From positions 150,598,001 to 150,662,000 of the forward strand of contig OZ024740.1 in assembly GCA_964016885.1 (NCBI GenBank): a DNA stretch of 64,000 bases. The letters are read 5' to 3'. Below the pieces are notes generated by a model. The model was not told the DNA's origin. It worked only from the letters and a program-made list of their open reading frames with translations, and searched no databases. Both the position numbers and the translations under genes were made by a program. Position 1 is the first letter of the stretch. The number at the start of each line of letters is the position of its first letter. Below are positions 40,870 through 54,099 of the stretch, piece by piece. The stretch comes from Eledone cirrhosa (lineage: Eukaryota).

Positions 40870-41141
40870 ATAGGGAAAAAAGATGAAATCGAAAATGCAT
40901 CTGGAGTCTTTTTTTATAAAAATATATATTTATTTGGTTCCTTTACCACAAACCCTCCATCTCAACTCTACTTTTGAAAAGCAGAAGAACTGCGAAACCG
41001 GTAAAGGAACCAAATAAATATATATTTTTATAAAAAAAAGACTCCAGTTGCATTTTCGATTTTATCTTTTTTCCTTATACTTTCACTCGTGTAGGACACC
41101 TCGGTTATTTTTCATTTTGTAAAAAAAACCTCACTTTCTAA
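40870..41141 (+). mobile_element. Fold-back unit G
   Basis: Arms 40870-40947 and 41000-41078; tail to about 41141; TA on both sides. Confidence 0.75.
40971..41006 (+). ncRNA. Minimal hammerhead ribozyme with U3-A8 core
   Basis: ctt TTGAAAA gcag aagaa ctgc GAAAC cg GTA aag; palindromic accggt stem III. Confidence 0.7.
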
Positions 41142-41818
41142 TATATATATATATATATTATATGCTATTCTTTTATTATTTGGCTGCGGTTAGTTAGAAC
41201 AATTTACACCCGGCGGAGCCGGTTCCGTTCTTGGTTGAAAGGAAAGAGATATAGCGCAAGAATTGACGACAATTCTGGACTGGTAAGTTATTGCCTAATA
41301 ACGAAAGGCAAGGTTACCCTCGACGGTACTTACACTCAGAGCGCATCGAACAGGAACAAATACCGCGAAGCATTCTATCCGTTGTTCAAACGGCTCTGCC
41401 AATACGTCGCCTAACTAGCACACATACACATATAAGCACATACACATACACGCACTCTCACACACATTTATACATTTATGAATATTGACTTTACGAGTGA
41501 ATCATCCATTTCAAGCTATTCTTAGACGCTCAACAGGAGCTCAGTACCGAAGAGAGTCTAAAATAACCCCCAAACAAATGATTCATCCTTAGACCAATGT
41601 TGAAATGAAAAAATTACCTCTACGTTTTAATATGTATTGATTATTTTATTGAATAGTATTTTCATTAATTATAAAAAGAAATAATTAATTATATAATTAG
41701 AAACTGCATAACGCTCTCCCCCCTCACTCTCTCACCCTCTCTCCACACACATATGTAAATATATATACCCTGCCACACACATACACACACAAACACACAC
41801 CACACACACACATATATC

Positions 41819-41863
<45 letters not shown>

Positions 41864-41919
41864 CACACACACACACATATATATATACATATATATACAT
41901 ACACATATATAGGTATGTA

Positions 41920-41994
<75 letters not shown>

Positions 41995-42029
41995 GTATGT
42001 ATATATGTATATATATATATAGGTATGTA

Positions 42030-42075
<46 letters not shown>

Positions 42076-42134
42076 ATATATATATATGTATATATATATG
42101 TATATATATATACATACACATATATAGGTATGTA

Positions 42135-42223
<89 letters not shown>

Positions 42224-42439
42224 GTATGTATATATGTATATATATATATATGTATATATATATATGTATATATAATATATATATATGTATATATATATAT
42301 ATGAGTGTGTGTGTGTGTGTGAAGGTGCGTGGCTTTGTGATTAGAGCATTGGGGTTGCAATTGGAAGGTTGTGAGTTCGATTCCCGGACCGGGTGATGCG
42401 TTGAGTCCTTGTGAAATCTACGCCATTTTTTGTTATTAC

Positions 42440-42675
42440 AATACAACGGGAGAAAACATAATAGTACCACTGATAATGTCACAGGTGTGTGATGAAAGAA
42501 CTTTGATAGACTATATTTTTAACTGTTGGTCAATCAATGATAAACATTGATTGCCAGATAAATTAACTATCGGGATATAAAAGATACAGAAGCGATAATC
42601 AACCGAAATCAAACAGTGAATGTGTTTTATTATTATTTCTGGCAATATTATAACAATATGACCCTCCCCAAATAT

Positions 42676-42680
<5 letters not shown>
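42440..42680 (+). mobile_element. PLE-type terminus of the same family as unit C, with decayed HHR at 42466-42508
   Basis: CTGATAA tgtcac aggtgt gtgat GAAAgaacttt and tail atgaccctccccaaatataacaa abutting (TA)n. Confidence 0.6.
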
Positions 42681-42753
<73 letters not shown>

Positions 42754-44216
42754 ATATAGTAATATATACATCCAAGGACATTCGGGTATATTTTTTCTCC
42801 ATGATTCATACGGCTAGGTACGTTTATTCCTACCAATTACACCATCTTTAAAATATTTTAAAAGTTTCTCAAAAGAATTCAAAACGTTCCTTGAAAAAAA
42901 ATTCTTGAAATGGTACAAGGGACCGGTGGTATGTGTTGTTGGTTCTATGCGAGCCAGCCCCTATATAACCCCTAACACTGGGCGGAAGTGTATGCCTGTC
43001 CCCCCTCCGCCGCCGTCTCGCATCACTTCCGCTGGATGTCAAATATAGCAAGTTATAGTTATAGGAACAAATTCTGCAAGTAGCGCCCCCCTCCCCCCTC
43101 CCTGCCAGGCAATGGTTGTTATGGTAGTAGTGTTAGATATCTCCTCCACATCAGTAGTTTACTCGTCGGCAACACTACCATACCATTATGGTTATGTGGT
43201 GGGTGGATGGGATAACTGAAAGAGTGGTTGGAATATTATATCTAAAAACATGAAATAGACATATATTAAATTAAATATAATTGAATAAACAAGAGAGATG
43301 AACACTAATATAAACATACATGTGTTCGAGTCGTAAGGACCAAGTTTGCTCGGGTGAAAAAATACTAACTAAACCAATATGGTTTGTCAGACTTAATTTT
43401 AAGTATTAAATTAAGAAAAATAACAAACCTTATTGGGCAATCACCTGGTAACAACTTGACAGTTTTGGTTTGGAAACTGTTGCGCAACATCTTATTAAGT
43501 GAAGTCCACACTTTTCTCTGCTCCTCAGTAGTTGTTGAGAAATTAGTGATCCTTCCACTTCTAAAAATATTAGAAGACTGAATTGTGTGCGATAAGAAAT
43601 ATCGCACCTGTCTTCGGAACCCAGCTTGACTCGAAATCCTATGCCGCTAAAAATAGCAGCCTGGTTAACAGGACATTAAATTTAGCTCTACATCAAAGGT
43701 TCTCAACCCATTTTGGCCAAACGCCCCCTTTTGCCCCTCGAAATCACGAAAACCCCCCACCCTATTTTTCCATTTTTCAATATACTACTGATTTTGATAT
43801 CAGTAGATTATTGGGCCAAATCAAGTTATCTTAGATTCTTTAAAAAATACTCGTACAAATTAAATACAAAAAAGTTGATGTTCAAATCAAAAGCAAGCTA
43901 TTTCAAATTATATATTTTTGAAATAAAAAAAAACATTTGATCTCAGTCGAAAAAGCTTTTTTTTTTTTAAATTCTATATTTCACTGTTAGCTGTTGTAAT
44001 ATTTTGAGTGGATAGACAATTGAAACTGCAAAGTCAAAATACAAAAATTCAAAATATGAAGATTTTCTCACCTTTCTCTGAAATCACAAACTCAGGGGAA
44101 AAATAGTACCTTGCAAAATAATATACCTCGTAGCAAAATAAGTAGTAAGGAATGAATTGAGAAGCTTGGTGACTGAGAAAGCAATATTTTTATCCCTTAT
44201 ATATAAACATAGATAG

Positions 44217-44265
<49 letters not shown>

Positions 44266-44379
44266 CACACACACAAACCTGTGTGTGTGTGTGCCTTGGT
44301 ACAGAAAGAATTTTGCTACAGCTTTTTATTGCCAGGTCAAAGGCCACAGCTCTTTTCAACAACGCCAAATAACAACGCT

Positions 44380-44419
<40 letters not shown>

Positions 44420-44425
<6 letters not shown>

Positions 44426-45824
44426 GAATCGGGCAGATTGCCCCCTATCCGGGAAATGCCTCTCTAGTAACATTGTCTACAAATGTAAGGTTGTAACACC
44501 CACTCCCCGTAGGGCCTACATAGGGTTAACCGCCAATAGTTTCAAGCAGCGTCTTTACATGCATACCCATTCTTTTCGTTACCCTCTAAGAAGGAATATG
44601 ACGTCACTTTCAGCTTATATCTGGAGTCTAAAGGACAACCACACCCAATATAAGTTACACTGGGAGATCCTAGCTAGGGCTAGATCGTATAACGGAAATA
44701 AAAGACCATGTGACCTCTGCGCCGCTGAGGCCCTGGAAATACTCTACGCCACAGACCACATCTTAAACAAAAAATCTGAGGCAATTTCGGCTTGTAAACA
44801 TAAATTGCACAAAACTTTCCTGTATTACAGCCCCACGTTATACCCTAACGGATAGCACGATCTATACGTGGATATTTTACGTCTTGATGTGGGAGCTAAG
44901 TATATGTTTTGTTTATTCCGTTACTTATTTACATAGGTAAGTATATATTACCCGTATGTTTTGTGAAGGTATGTATACCTTCTCGTACGTATATTTGACT
45001 GTTATGGCGTATACTTTTTACATATTCTGGTATTTAGGGTTTGGCTATGTGTATACGGGAGTTTTGCGTCTGCGTGAGTATGCAGTATCGTACGTATGGT
45101 GAGTGTGTGTATATGTGTACTTCTTGTTTTAGTTGACTTACGTCTCCGAACATTCGTGTATTTATTTGTAGGTATGTGTGTGCGCTTGTTATATACGTAT
45201 TTATTTACTTATAATATACGTTTATATAATTATTTATTTATTTATTTGTACACAAGCATACACACACACACATATTTATATGTGTGTGGTTTTGTATACC
45301 TATGGTAAGGTTTTGCGTATGCTTGTGTATGTACGTATCTGTTTGCGTGTATGTATTTATTTGTTTCTATTACTTCTGTATTGTATTTATTTACTTTGTT
45401 CTTAACTCTGTAGCGGAGATTCATTTGGTCTCCTAGTTAGAATTTTAGTCTACAACTTTTGCTATACCATTTACGTGGTTTTGTCTTTGCGTGCTATTTT
45501 TCTCCACGCTCCACATATGACTTATTATCTTCGTTTTTTCGTTCATCGCCAGAGAACGTCTCCATGCACCACCTAAGAGAACATTAGTCTACGACCTCTT
45601 TTATACCATAAGCGTGGTTCTGTCTTTGCGCGTAATTGTTTTTCACCGCTCCTATTAATGACGTATTATTCGTTTTTTCCCGTTCTTTGCCAGCGAACGT
45701 TTCCGGTTGCAACGTTTTTTGAAATATCCAGTTCTGCGTTTACAGATTGACTTTGTTAGTTTCAGAAGATCCCGTTAAGGGTGAAAGCAGCGATTCTTTG
45801 CTTAAACTTTAATCTGTTATTTTA

Positions 45825-45830
<6 letters not shown>
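44420..45830 (+). mobile_element. PLE fragment: GIY-YIG domain (about 44420-44855) and 3' region ending at (TA)n
   Basis: CPLSGKCLSSNIVYKC...AYIGLTANSFKQRLYMH..SF...TSLSAYIWSLK...CDLC..E...LNKK.E...CKH; decayed HHR-like cagaagatcccgttaagggtgaaa at 45763. Confidence 0.8.
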
Positions 45831-45904
<74 letters not shown>

Positions 45905-45989
45905 GAAGAGAGAAAGAGGGAGCGACAGAGAGAGTAAGAAATGTGTGTGTGTTTGGTTCACGTCTATCTATCTATCTATTTATCTCCAA

Positions 45990-46565
45990 TGTAGAACGAC
46001 TATTGTCGCGGGTGGGACCAGTCCAGTTGACCACCGAGTCCATTGTCATGATCAAACCGCCACCCTCCTTCAAAAACGAAGGAGAGGCGGTTTTCCTTTG
46101 TGTGATAGCTATGGCGAAAGAGGTTGTATGGTGGACAAGGTTGAAAGGGCTGAGGTCAGACACCTTTCTCTCCGGCCAACAACTGATTCTTTTTTTCAAA
46201 TACCACTTTGGAAGAAGAATCAGGATGAAGAGAGAGGTGCTGTACCCCAGCAAGTTTTATGAAAGGTGGGTGAAAGTGGCGAGAATGGCCCGAGTGAATG
46301 GGCCTTCTCTCTATATCAGCCTGTAGGTTGAGGAAAAGGAGGAGGAGAGGAAAGGAGTACAAGCTCTTCGTACTCCTGGAGATGAGGGTTGCACATTTTT
46401 TTTCGGGGGTATGTGTTACCCATATAAACTGTCTCCCTCTATTGGGGAAAATCGACTAACTTTTAAATTCCATCTGTGATAACATTTTACACGTTTTTAT
46501 TGTATGTAAACTTCCCCCTTTGTATTTGTCCCCTTCTTTTGTGCCCCTGTGGCTCATAAAGAAAT
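45990..46565 (+). mobile_element. L1/Tx1-like LINE 3' end
   Basis: VERLLSRVGPVQL...AVFLC.IAMAKEVVWWTR is homologous to 7450-7620; the 3' UTR ends ataaagaaa. Confidence 0.7.
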
Positions 46566-46675
46566 ATATCTATTTATCTCCAACAGCGGGCTCACACATG
46601 CAGCCCGCGAACTACTTTTCTGTGGCACGTGGTAGAACCAATATTTCATATCGCATTATAAGTGGTGAAAATAAG

Positions 46676-46890
46676 GCGGCCAGCTGGTGGAATCGTTAGC
46701 ACATCTGGCGAAATGCTTAACGGTACTTCTTCCGTTTTTACGTTCTGAGTTCAAATTCCGCCGATCTCAACTTTGCCTTACATCCTTTTGGGGTCGATGA
46801 ATTAAGTACCAGTTATGTACTAGGATCGATGCAATCGACTGAACCCTAAACCCCATATTTCATGCCTTATTTCTATAGTAGAAATGATTA
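46676..46890 (+). mobile_element. SINE family A-related copy
   Basis: ctggtggaatcgttagc...gagttcaaattccgcc...ggggtcgat..attaagtaccag. Confidence 0.8.
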
Positions 46891-46995
46891 TAACTGGTGA
46901 AAATTGTCACCCACCACCACGTTTGGCCCACTGTGCCTCTCCTCCAGGACGTAATAGCCCTTTTGTATCCTTGAATTTGAGACCCCTCTTCTACA

Positions 46996-47052
<57 letters not shown>

Positions 47053-47054
47053 TT

Positions 47055-47306
47055 TACCTTTTTTCTGTCTCTGGACTACGCCCATGCTGGAGCATCATCT
47101 TGGTAAGTTATGGGGACGTCAACAAAGCAACAAGCATTGGTGGGAGGGCGAACACAAACGCAAAGACACACACAGACATATATCCATATATACGGCGGGC
47201 TTCTTTTAGTTTCGATCTATCAAATCCACTCACAGGGCTTTGGCCGGCTCGGGCAGTGGGACTGAACCAGGAAATATGTGGTTGGGAAACAAGCTTCTTA
47301 TCACAC

Positions 47307-47310
<4 letters not shown>
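47055..47310 (-). mobile_element. tRNA-derived SINE (family C)
   Basis: On -: gcagtgtgataagaagcttg...ggttcagtcccactg...gtgagtggatttg, with tail ccagcatgg. Confidence 0.7.
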
Positions 47311-47347
<37 letters not shown>

Positions 47348-47382
47348 CACAAGAATTAAAGCTATGTTCAAAGCATATATTC

Positions 47383-47427
47383 ACTTACAATTGTTTCATC
47401 CAAACCTAGGCTTAGTGTCTTCGGAGC
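47383..47427 (-). ncRNA. Hammerhead ribozyme with C4 core variant
   Basis: On -: gct CCGAAGA cactaagcc ta ggtttggat GAAAC aatt GTA agt; palindromic acaattgt. Confidence 0.55.
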
Positions 47428-48039
47428 ATTTTTCGATGTTTGTACACATAATTGACCTCCTTTCCAACGCAAGAGACATACAGATACATATATATATATA
47501 TTGATGTACAGTGGAGTGGATTATATTATACTATACTATTTTTGTACAGCAATTCAAATTCAAAATCAAAATCAAAATCAAAATCAAAATCAAAATCAAA
47601 ATCAAAATCAAAATTAAAATAAAAATAAAAATCAATTAAAATCAATTAAAATACATTCGGCAGATAATGCAAGAGGATAGTTTGATAGTCAGGTCTAGTA
47701 GGTAGTGTATGCGTTAGTTACACGTGGAGCATGCAAGTGTGTCTCATTTTTATACTATTATTGTGTGGCAGGGTGTTACACGTAATGCAAGCACTTTAAG
47801 CGGGTAAGCAAGATTATTATGGTGGTTGTAGTGGTAAGGTATTTTTTGTATAGAGAAAAAAAAGTATGTGTGCAGAAAAATAAAAATAAAAAGAAGAAGC
47901 AAAAGAAAGTGGATGTAGAAACTACATCTTACTTTTTCTGAATGTGAAAATGATGGTGGATACGAAAACCATATGCAAATTAGGCTGCTCAGCCGTTAAT
48001 ATGCATAAGGAAAGTATAAACTTTCAAACGTTCAATCAA

Positions 48040-48108
48040 CTGACAGGAAGGTATACGGCGCTGATGAGAGCTAATAAGCTAGAAACTAGTTCATCGTTCC
48101 TTTGTCAG
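48040..48108 (+). ncRNA. Type I hammerhead ribozyme with extended stem I
   Basis: cggcg CTGATGA gagct aata agcta GAAAC ta GTT catcg; distal pairing ctgacagg/ctttgtcag. Confidence 0.7.
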
Positions 48109-48365
48109 TATTGAACAAAATGGCAACGATGGTTGACGAACACTGTACGGCTAATAATTCGGGTGTTTGTTTACAAACAAACCGAGCATTATAATAAATG
48201 TTCGGTAAACCCATACGTACATATATATATGTGTGCATGTATGTATGTATATACATACTACTGTACGTCTATATACATATATTTTTGTACGTATACATAC
48301 TTATATTTAAGTATCAGCCGTACTTAGAGTGAGAAATGAAATAGCATTTTTCCAATTTATATATA

Positions 48366-48448
<83 letters not shown>

Positions 48449-48760
48449 CAAACCTGGACCAACACTTCGATATTTTGCAATATCTCCGTTAGGTTTCTGT
48501 AAGTTCGAAATCATCAAAATCCCCTTGCGGTGTATGCAAGTTGTTGGTTTTGGCAGATTGAACAGAGGATTTACTTTCTCAATAGGGTTCCGTTCAGACG
48601 CCAGGCCAATTGTGAGTAAACACATGTTTCTCCAAAGGGAGCTAACACTCGGTTTTGGGCGGTCAAATTCAAATTTTGAGCAATGGAATAAGTTCCGTAC
48701 ACAAACTGAATTAAGCACTCAACCAGATCGTTATTAAACAAACATAAATAATTAACCAAT

Positions 48761-48846
<86 letters not shown>

Positions 48847-48894
48847 GTGTGTGTGTGTATATATATATGTAAATGTATATATCAAATGAAGCAA

Positions 48895-49112
48895 CAGAGT
48901 AAAGGAATATATATATATATTTAATATAGAAATAGCTTCTACAGGACTAAAACTGTTTCATTCGGAGGAAATCATCAGAAAGGGCTTTCTGATGATTTTC
49001 TCCGAATGAAACAGTTCTCGTCCTGTAGAAGCCATTTCTATATTAAATTACTTTTACTCTGCTATGTATTGAGTACCTTACTGTGGTTATCCTCGATTTA
49101 ACCCGGGATCTA
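48895..49112 (+). mobile_element. Fold-back unit H with HHR-like core (48989-49022 and its mirror)
   Basis: Arms fold around agggc; CTGATGA ttttctccgaat GAAAC; tail contains attgagtac; TA-flanked. Confidence 0.7.
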
Positions 49113-49139
49113 CATATATATATATATATATATGTGTGT

Positions 49140-49399
49140 GAATGAAGTAATTCCGTCGGAAAAGTCCAGGAAAAAAGAGTGCTCTATGTAGGTAACAGAG
49201 CTTAATAGTTATGTAATAAACAACATAAGGCAATTATTTCATTTACAAGTGGTTTCTTAAAAGCAAACAAATGTTGCTTTCAATCATCAGAATGAAAAAA
49301 TCCTGGATTTTTTCATTCTGATGATTGAAAGCAACATTTTTTTGCTTTTAAGAAACCACTGGTAAATGAAATAATTGCCTTATGTTTTTTATTACATAA
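49140..49399 (-). mobile_element. Fold-back unit I with HHR in each arm
   Basis: 95-bp arms 49209-49303 and 49305-49399 around a single nucleotide; tail 49140-49208. Confidence 0.8.
49311..49371 (+). ncRNA. Type I hammerhead ribozyme (mirror copy 49237-49297 on -)
   Basis: tttcatt CTGATGA ttgaaagcaa catttt ttgcttttaa GAAAC c act g GTA aatgaaa; 7-bp stem I and 10-bp stem II. Confidence 0.85.
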
Positions 49400-49520
<121 letters not shown>

Positions 49521-49521
49521 C

Positions 49522-49623
<102 letters not shown>

Positions 49624-49988
49624 TACGAATGATTCATAGGTGATCATTCGATTTGCTCTAAATATCAAACAATTTTTTCCGTTCACATTCTTTATCGAGA
49701 ATTTTACGGAACGATGTGTGAATTTGAACTTTGAAAGTGAATTAGTTTATTAGTTTATTGTAAGATGCTAGAACACAGCACACACATACACACACACACA
49801 TACCCCCCCCCCACACACACATATCAATATATATATATATATATATTTATTTATATATATATTTGTACTTGTTTTGTAAAATGACCCCTCCAAAAATGTA
49901 ACAATATATTTATTTTTTCAACGAAGGTTCCTTTTCTTTCTTTCTTTCTTTCTTTCTTTCTCTCTCTTTCCTCCCTCTCTCTTCACAT

Positions 49989-50061
<73 letters not shown>

Positions 50062-51631
50062 AAATACACCACAGGTTAAATACACCTGTCAGACAGCCTT
50101 CTATCTCGAAGCTGGCAATACACATATCATTCTCTTATTGACATTCGATAGAAGAGAATTTGTTTTAAGGGATATTTTATAATAACACAAATATTTGAAG
50201 TAGTTGCCATAACGCAGTGTTTGATATCCCCTAAGTCTGGGAAGCTTTTGCAATGGCCATTTTAAACATTTTATGACAGTTATAATCATTTAACATGTAA
50301 GTGCCTGTTGAAAATCTCTGAATGTCATGAAAATCCATTGACATTATATAAATATAATTGAGCAGTGACTAATAAAATCAAAGCACATTATTAAAGGGAA
50401 CAGAAAGGGAAGAAAAAAAGGAAAAGGAGAAAAAGAAAGAAGGATCAAGAAACAAAAGAAAGGGAGAGGGGGCCGGACAGACTCTACACACCAGTCTGAG
50501 AGGTACTTCAGTCGCGCCAAGCCGACAAAACGGCAAAAGTATTATGGTGGACAATGGCCAGAGATACCCACTGCAACAGCCACATCATCTTACGGGGCCC
50601 TCTCTTCAAGCAGGCCGGTGTTTCCGACTTTACTGAGGAAATCAGCAGTGTGGGGACGAATGACGCCAGAGATCTCAACAGAAACCATTACAAAGAGGAA
50701 GCAATCAGTCAGGCCCTGCTATTTGGCAATTTTGCTCTTCGCCACATTGCGGGCAGCGAAACCCGAGTTTGAGGCATAGGTGACAAAGGGGGAAGCGGAG
50801 AACGAGTCGGAAGAGAGGGAGATAGTCAAATATCGGGGCTTGACCGACCGCTTTTTCTTTGCACTGAGATCCGTTAAAACGCCTGACGTCCTTTGTCACC
50901 CCAGTGCATGTAGTATTTGACAAAAAGTGTAAACTTGATGCACAAAATTAGATTTAGAACTATACAAGTTTGGATGAAATGCACCTTTAAATAATCGTTA
51001 CGATAGAATGGCCTATGGATAGTGCTCTATGGATATTTGCTCTACTGAAATGATGTACAGTATATTAGTGATTAATATTTTGGGGTTGTTTTGATTGGCC
51101 CCATCAAAAAGATTGAATGATTCAAAGCGTTCTATACGTAATCACCTATTTGTTTATTTATTTATTTATTATTTATTTATTTATTTATTAATTTATTTAT
51201 TCATTCATTTATTCATTCAGAAATTATGTATAGAGCGGATTATGTTTTAGTTGATGCAGCATGGCGAATGGCTAAGAAGATCGTTTCACAATCTTTAGGT
51301 CCTGGGTTCAATCAGAGTGTATGACATTTTGGAGATGTATCATTTACCATAGGATCTGGTCGATACATGCCTTATGAGGAAATCGGATAAACGGAAAGAG
51401 TTTGGAAGCATGTCAGATGTACTGTACCTGTAATTAAAAGAGCATTTTTCACGCTGAATCTCTTTGATAATTACGTTAATGCTACACCTTTCTGTGGAAT
51501 GCCCAGGCACTTACACATTAATTTCAAGGAACAGTCATCGTCGGAACCAAGGAAAGTCCATTGAATTCCACTAGTATATAATGGCACATTGGGGTCTATT
51601 CTGCTTCTCTCTTCTGTCCCTCACCCTTTCC

Positions 51632-51694
<63 letters not shown>

Positions 51695-52727
51695 TCTTTC
51701 TCCCTCTCTCTCTATCTCTCTCACGCACACACACGCACGCACACATACACACACACAGACTCTCTCACATACACACTCTCTCTCTCTCTCTCTCTCACAC
51801 ACACTCTCTCTGCTTCTCGCATTTTCTTGCTATTTCTTCCTTTTTTTTCTAGCTCTGTCGTTGTCTCAGAATTGCCAGCGCTCAACAATTTGCCGGTCAA
51901 TGGTTTGGTCTTTTCGACAGAGGAAGTGACACATCAGTTGGATTATATTGCCGCCACCCCAATTAAACAAAGTGCAGTTTACAATAAGGCGGGTTAAATG
52001 TTAGAAAAGAAGAATGGCAAAGTTGACCTCGGAAGGAATTGAATTCAGAATGCAGAGGGACATAACTAAATAACACACTAATATCCATTCACCGCATCCC
52101 TTAAATGCCACACTAATATGAAACGTGCTTTTATTTGTTTGTGGAAATGAAAGAACAATTTATACAGAGCACGCACACACATATACAGCATTAAAAATAT
52201 ACAGCCGCCAATCGCAATAGAGTATGATTTGATAGTATGTTTTATGTTTTCGCTAAGGTGCCAATGCAGTTCCGAGCAAACACAGGCACTTTCATTCCTC
52301 TTTCGATCCACTGAAACATCGAGGATGTGACAACTAGAACGAGTGGTACTTACTTTATCGACCCCGAAAAAATAAAGGGCTAATTGGACTTCGGTGGGAA
52401 TTGAACTCAGAACACAGACATTAGATACAATTATCCAACTCTGGAGCAACTTTGCCACATCGATCGTCTAATATAATATATACCAATCACATATACATAT
52501 CGTATACAACATATAGTATATATAAATAGCACGCACATACAGAATATATATATAACGCCTCCACAACGCACACAGAGTATAGAACATGTATAGAACAGAC
52601 ACAGCATATACATAGCACATAAATATACACAACATTCAAATAAGATGCACACATAACATACACACAACATATACAAATTACTCACACACAATATACACAT
52701 AGTTACCACACAGGTCTCACAAACAAT

Positions 52728-52760
<33 letters not shown>

Positions 52761-53421
52761 CACGTGCACGCATACACACACAGCTCTCACGCACAGTATA
52801 CATAAACGCATGCATAAACACATGCACACACACACGCCCATAGAGACAAACATGCTTACGAACACACAACTCATATATATATATACAAACACAGACACAC
52901 AAATAAAGTTCTCACACACAGCATACACAAACACGTACACACCTATTGCTCTTATTCAGAGTATACATACAAAAAAGAAAAAAAATCACAACCCCACTCA
53001 GCACCCACCACACTTACTAATGTGGAAATCTCCAAAACAAGGAATTCCACAGCAATGACGTCACCACTGCAACAACAAGATTCTTCGACTAGAAGTATGC
53101 TTCCAGTAAACTAAACCAGCAACACGGGTTCAATTTCATTTGTTGAATAGCATATATAAATAAACATAAATAAATACCTTTGTCGAAAGCATAACTACCC
53201 ACCGTTTCACTGAAATTATGTTACTTGAATAAGTTATCATCCCCATAAGATCCCCCCCGCCACCGAATACCACCACCAACAACAACAACATCACCACCTC
53301 CAACCTCCACCATCGCTACTTCCACTGTCGTCGCCGCCAACATTATCAGCACTACCACCATCTCCACCACCGGCATCTTCTCATTACTTAAAAAAAAAGT
53401 AACAACAACAATAACAAGAAT

Positions 53422-53478
<57 letters not shown>

Positions 53479-54099
53479 CGCTGCTGCTGCAACAAGCATA
53501 ACACAAGACACCTCACCATTGTCACAACAATTACTACCAACACCTTCACCATCATAACCACCATCCTCACCACAACCACCACCAACAACATCGGCACCAT
53601 CACTTTTGCCACTATCCTAATAACTACGCCTACCGCCACAAGCACTCTACATCCGCCACCACCTTCATCATTATATTAACAAATTAGACAAACACAAGCC
53701 CACAATCACCATCACCATCACCACCATCATCACCACCATTACTTCCAATATTACCACGACCATTGCCACCACTACATTCACTCATATTACTCCCACCAGT
53801 GACATCGCCGCCTCCACCATCACTATTAGAGAGTCAAGAAAACTTGTGTTGTGGTTGTGAAGAAATGTAATTTAATTGGAAAAACATTTAAAATTATTCA
53901 AAAGTGGGGTGGTGGAGGAAGAGATATGATGCGGTGTTGTGAGGTGGTGTGATGTAGTGTAATATAATGTAGTGTGTGGTGGAGTGTAATGCCACCGTGT
54001 AGTGTCATGTGGTTTAATGTATGGCGTGATGTGATGTGTTATAATGGGACTTGTGTTATGTAGTTTGAGTAGTGTGAAATGTTGTAGTATGAAATGTAG

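Noticed and set aside
43690-44200. hAT/Charlie-like terminus (ggttctcaacc) and possible transposase end
   Set aside because: No matching second TIR or target duplication was found
48447-48760. TA-flanked segment with faint RT-like translation on the minus strand
   Set aside because: The motifs are too degraded to assign without a profile search
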